From Amoebophrya sp. A120 (lineage: Eukaryota > Protista > Dinoflagellata), in contig CAJINV010000001.1 in assembly GCA_905178155.1 (NCBI GenBank), forward strand, positions 7,609,506 through 7,673,505: a stretch of 64,000 bases of DNA, given 5' to 3'. A program made the position numbers and the translations under genes. The notes under the pieces are model-generated. The model saw only the letters and a list, made by a program, of their open reading frames with translations, ran no database searches and had not been told where the DNA came from. Below, in pieces: positions 61,815 to 64,000 of the stretch. Every line of letters starts with the position of its first letter. The stretch's first letter is position 1.

Positions 61815-64000
61815 ATGCGACGCGGTTTTCTTCTGGTCTCTCTGCTCGTGTGCGTACAGCGGGGTATATTTGGACTGCAGCCCGAATCGTTGATGAACGA
61901 ACAATCCATCGACGACTCTTCCAATAAATTGGCAACAAACACCAGCATCAACGTTAGTACGGTTTCGACAGCTCCTCGTCCTCTCCGAGGACGAGAGATA
62001 TCGGCGAGCATCGATATTCGCGATCCCCTCTACCAGGAGCGCTACCTGAACAAGACCCCCTCTACCGCAGAGCTCATTTCTTCCGATGGAGAGACGGAAC
62101 CGATTTCGTTCAAGCAGCAGCACGGAGCCGGGCTCCTCGCTGGCGCGTCGACGACTCGTTTCGGCTCGGGAAACGATATCGCAGAGGTATCGACGAGTGA
62201 GTATCTGGATCTAGCCACTCCTGTCCGTGTCTCGTCTACCAATGAAGGCAGATTGTTTACCGCATTGACTGGATGCGACGCCCACGAGCAAGAGAAAACG
62301 TGGCCGAAACGCAATAGTGATGGAAGCGTATCGGAGTGGAAATCCTGTCAGACGACGTGCCTCAAGGGGGGATCAGCATCCGCGCTGTACGATAAGGATC
62401 CGAGCTGGAAGCTTTACTTCCAAGACGAGCCGGCCGAGTTCGAGCGGCCAACGTTCTGGCAAGCGTCGCCCAATGGTGACGACCAACACCCCACGGTGCA
62501 GTTTCACTTCAAGCAGGAGACATTCATCTCACGAGTGGTCGTGCATCCAGTGGCGGTCGGGGAGCATTCCGATAGTTGGTGTACTCACCGTGTCTGGCGA
62601 GCGCTCTATCTCGGCCATGACCAGGTGCCCGACGGTGCGTCCACCTGGCATCGCACCGGCGTGCCAGACAAGCGAGCACAGCTCAACATCGGCATGGTGC
62701 CCGGAGCGGACGCATGCACGCAAGATACGCTGAACGCGAAAACCGCAAACACGCAAGTTTACTGCACGAAGGTACCCGTGGCCAATTTATTAAATGCTCA
62801 CTATCTACTTCGAACGGCTGGCGAGCCTGTGAGTCCAGGCAGAGAGAAGAGAAGGGTAGGCAATTTGATAGGTATGCGAGGGCCGGGCTCCTCATCCTCA
62901 ATGCCCTACTGATATGCATTTGCTTGGCGAAAAATTGGGCAAGCGCCCCGCCTCGGCTAAACGCCGCCCGACTCGATCGCGCGATCGAAATTTTCCCCAC
63001 CCTCCCGCCCTGGAGTGGTATCAGGATCGTGCATATTCGCTGGCAGGCTTTGCCTACCCTCTTCCCCATTGAAGGAATATGAAATAAGCAGCTAGCAATA
63101 CATGGTATAGGAGCGTCAGTTTCTGCATCAGTCTCTTCAGCGCCAGCTCGTTCTCACTCTCTAGCGAATCAGTTTTCCCTTTCGTACTGCACAAAGGTCC
63201 CGAGGGGAGGGAGCAACGACCGCACCTGCTACACAGACGAGTTCGGGTTCTCGGACAAGGCCAGGAATACAGGGGAGCCGCGCGTAACGGGATGGTATCG
63301 CCGACTGGCGGTGGGCCCTGAGTATATCAATGTGCGACGCATGAGGTTTGAGTGTGACCCGGTGAGCGTCCACGGAAGGTCGCTCGTGATTGAGTGGCCT
63401 TGGTGGGGGCATCTTCCGTATTTCTTTGCTCTGCGCCACGTCGAGATCCACGGCTACACCACAACCAGCACCACCACAGCCTGTCCGCTCCGGGCGGGTG
63501 CGGCGGTCGCGGTGCGTCGGGTTCTCAGGAAGGGAAACAACGCAACTGATGCGCTTTGCCGAATCGCGGCGGGCCCCGGGGTGAGCGAGACAGCCAGCGT
63601 CCGCTGTTGCCCTGACATTTCGCCGCAACAGATGATTACCATGACCAACTATCTCTGGGGAGCCAGCTGTGACGTGACGACAAACCTCGCGTACTGCGCG
63701 GCGGCGGACTTTTGCGGAGAGGCGCGGGTCCTGATGGAGGACGGCAGTCCCGAAATCAGCTCGCGTTTGTGCGCAACCTCCAGCGAGCTGCAGAGGCAAG
63801 AGGGTACGGGATGCGCGCTCGATTGGGAGTATCTGTGGACGAGAGAGGAATGCTTCCTGTGCACGTGCGAAAACGGAGTCGCGGCGCCCTCCATGGCAGC
63901 CGGGTGTCCGGCGAGCGGTGGAAACGTCTGCCTGGAGTGCGAAAACGGGTACACCCTCAAAGGAAACGAGTGCGCGCTCAAGGAATGTACCTGCCCCCAC
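61815..64000 (+). CDS. Secreted Cys-rich protein with discoidin/F5-8-like region and CxCxNG repeats (3'-partial)
   Basis: Signal MRRGFLLVSLLVCVQRG; FWQAS..PTVQFHF..ISRVVV. Intron 62772-63196. Exon 63197-64000 is open to the window end (FALRHVEIHG; CTCENGVAA..CP..C..CENGYTL..C..CTC). Confidence 0.8.

Noticed and set aside
63161-64000. 279-aa minus-strand ORF, and similar antisense ORFs throughout
   Set aside because: Shadow of the open, Cys-patterned plus-strand exon in GC-rich codons.
1-64000. Autonomous transposase, dinoflagellate spliced-leader relics, rRNA or tRNA genes
   Set aside because: None was recognised by eye. Absence was not verified computationally.

Overview
Eukaryotic, gene-dense, intron-containing DNA. 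A nucleus-encoded split cox2b points to a myzozoan alveolate. The all-plus-strand gene order and inverted-repeat non-canonical introns suggest the parasitic dinoflagellate Amoebophrya or a relative (inferred, not proven). There are about 18 protein genes, all on +: SKP1, an EF-hand protein, an O-fucosyltransferase-domain protein, a GT34 glycosyltransferase, an EGF membrane protein, a GH27 alpha-galactosidase, COX2b, a Ni/Co permease, a TET/JBP-type dioxygenase, an amino-acid permease and several hypotheticals. The main signal is 14 MITE-like elements of 206-321 bp from 5 TIR families. They have TAY...RTA ends (one right end is degenerate) and 5-bp target duplications, and all sit inside coding exons. 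Removing each element plus one duplication restores the reading frame, yet only 1 of 14 can give GT-AG ends. They occur in both orientations, share an internal TGTSATGC motif across families, and mostly occur in pairs 48-66 nt apart. A separate 703-nt, hairpin-rich GT...AC intervening sequence with an 11-bp terminal inverted repeat and no target duplication interrupts the fucosyltransferase gene. Exon structures were read by eye and are approximate where stated.
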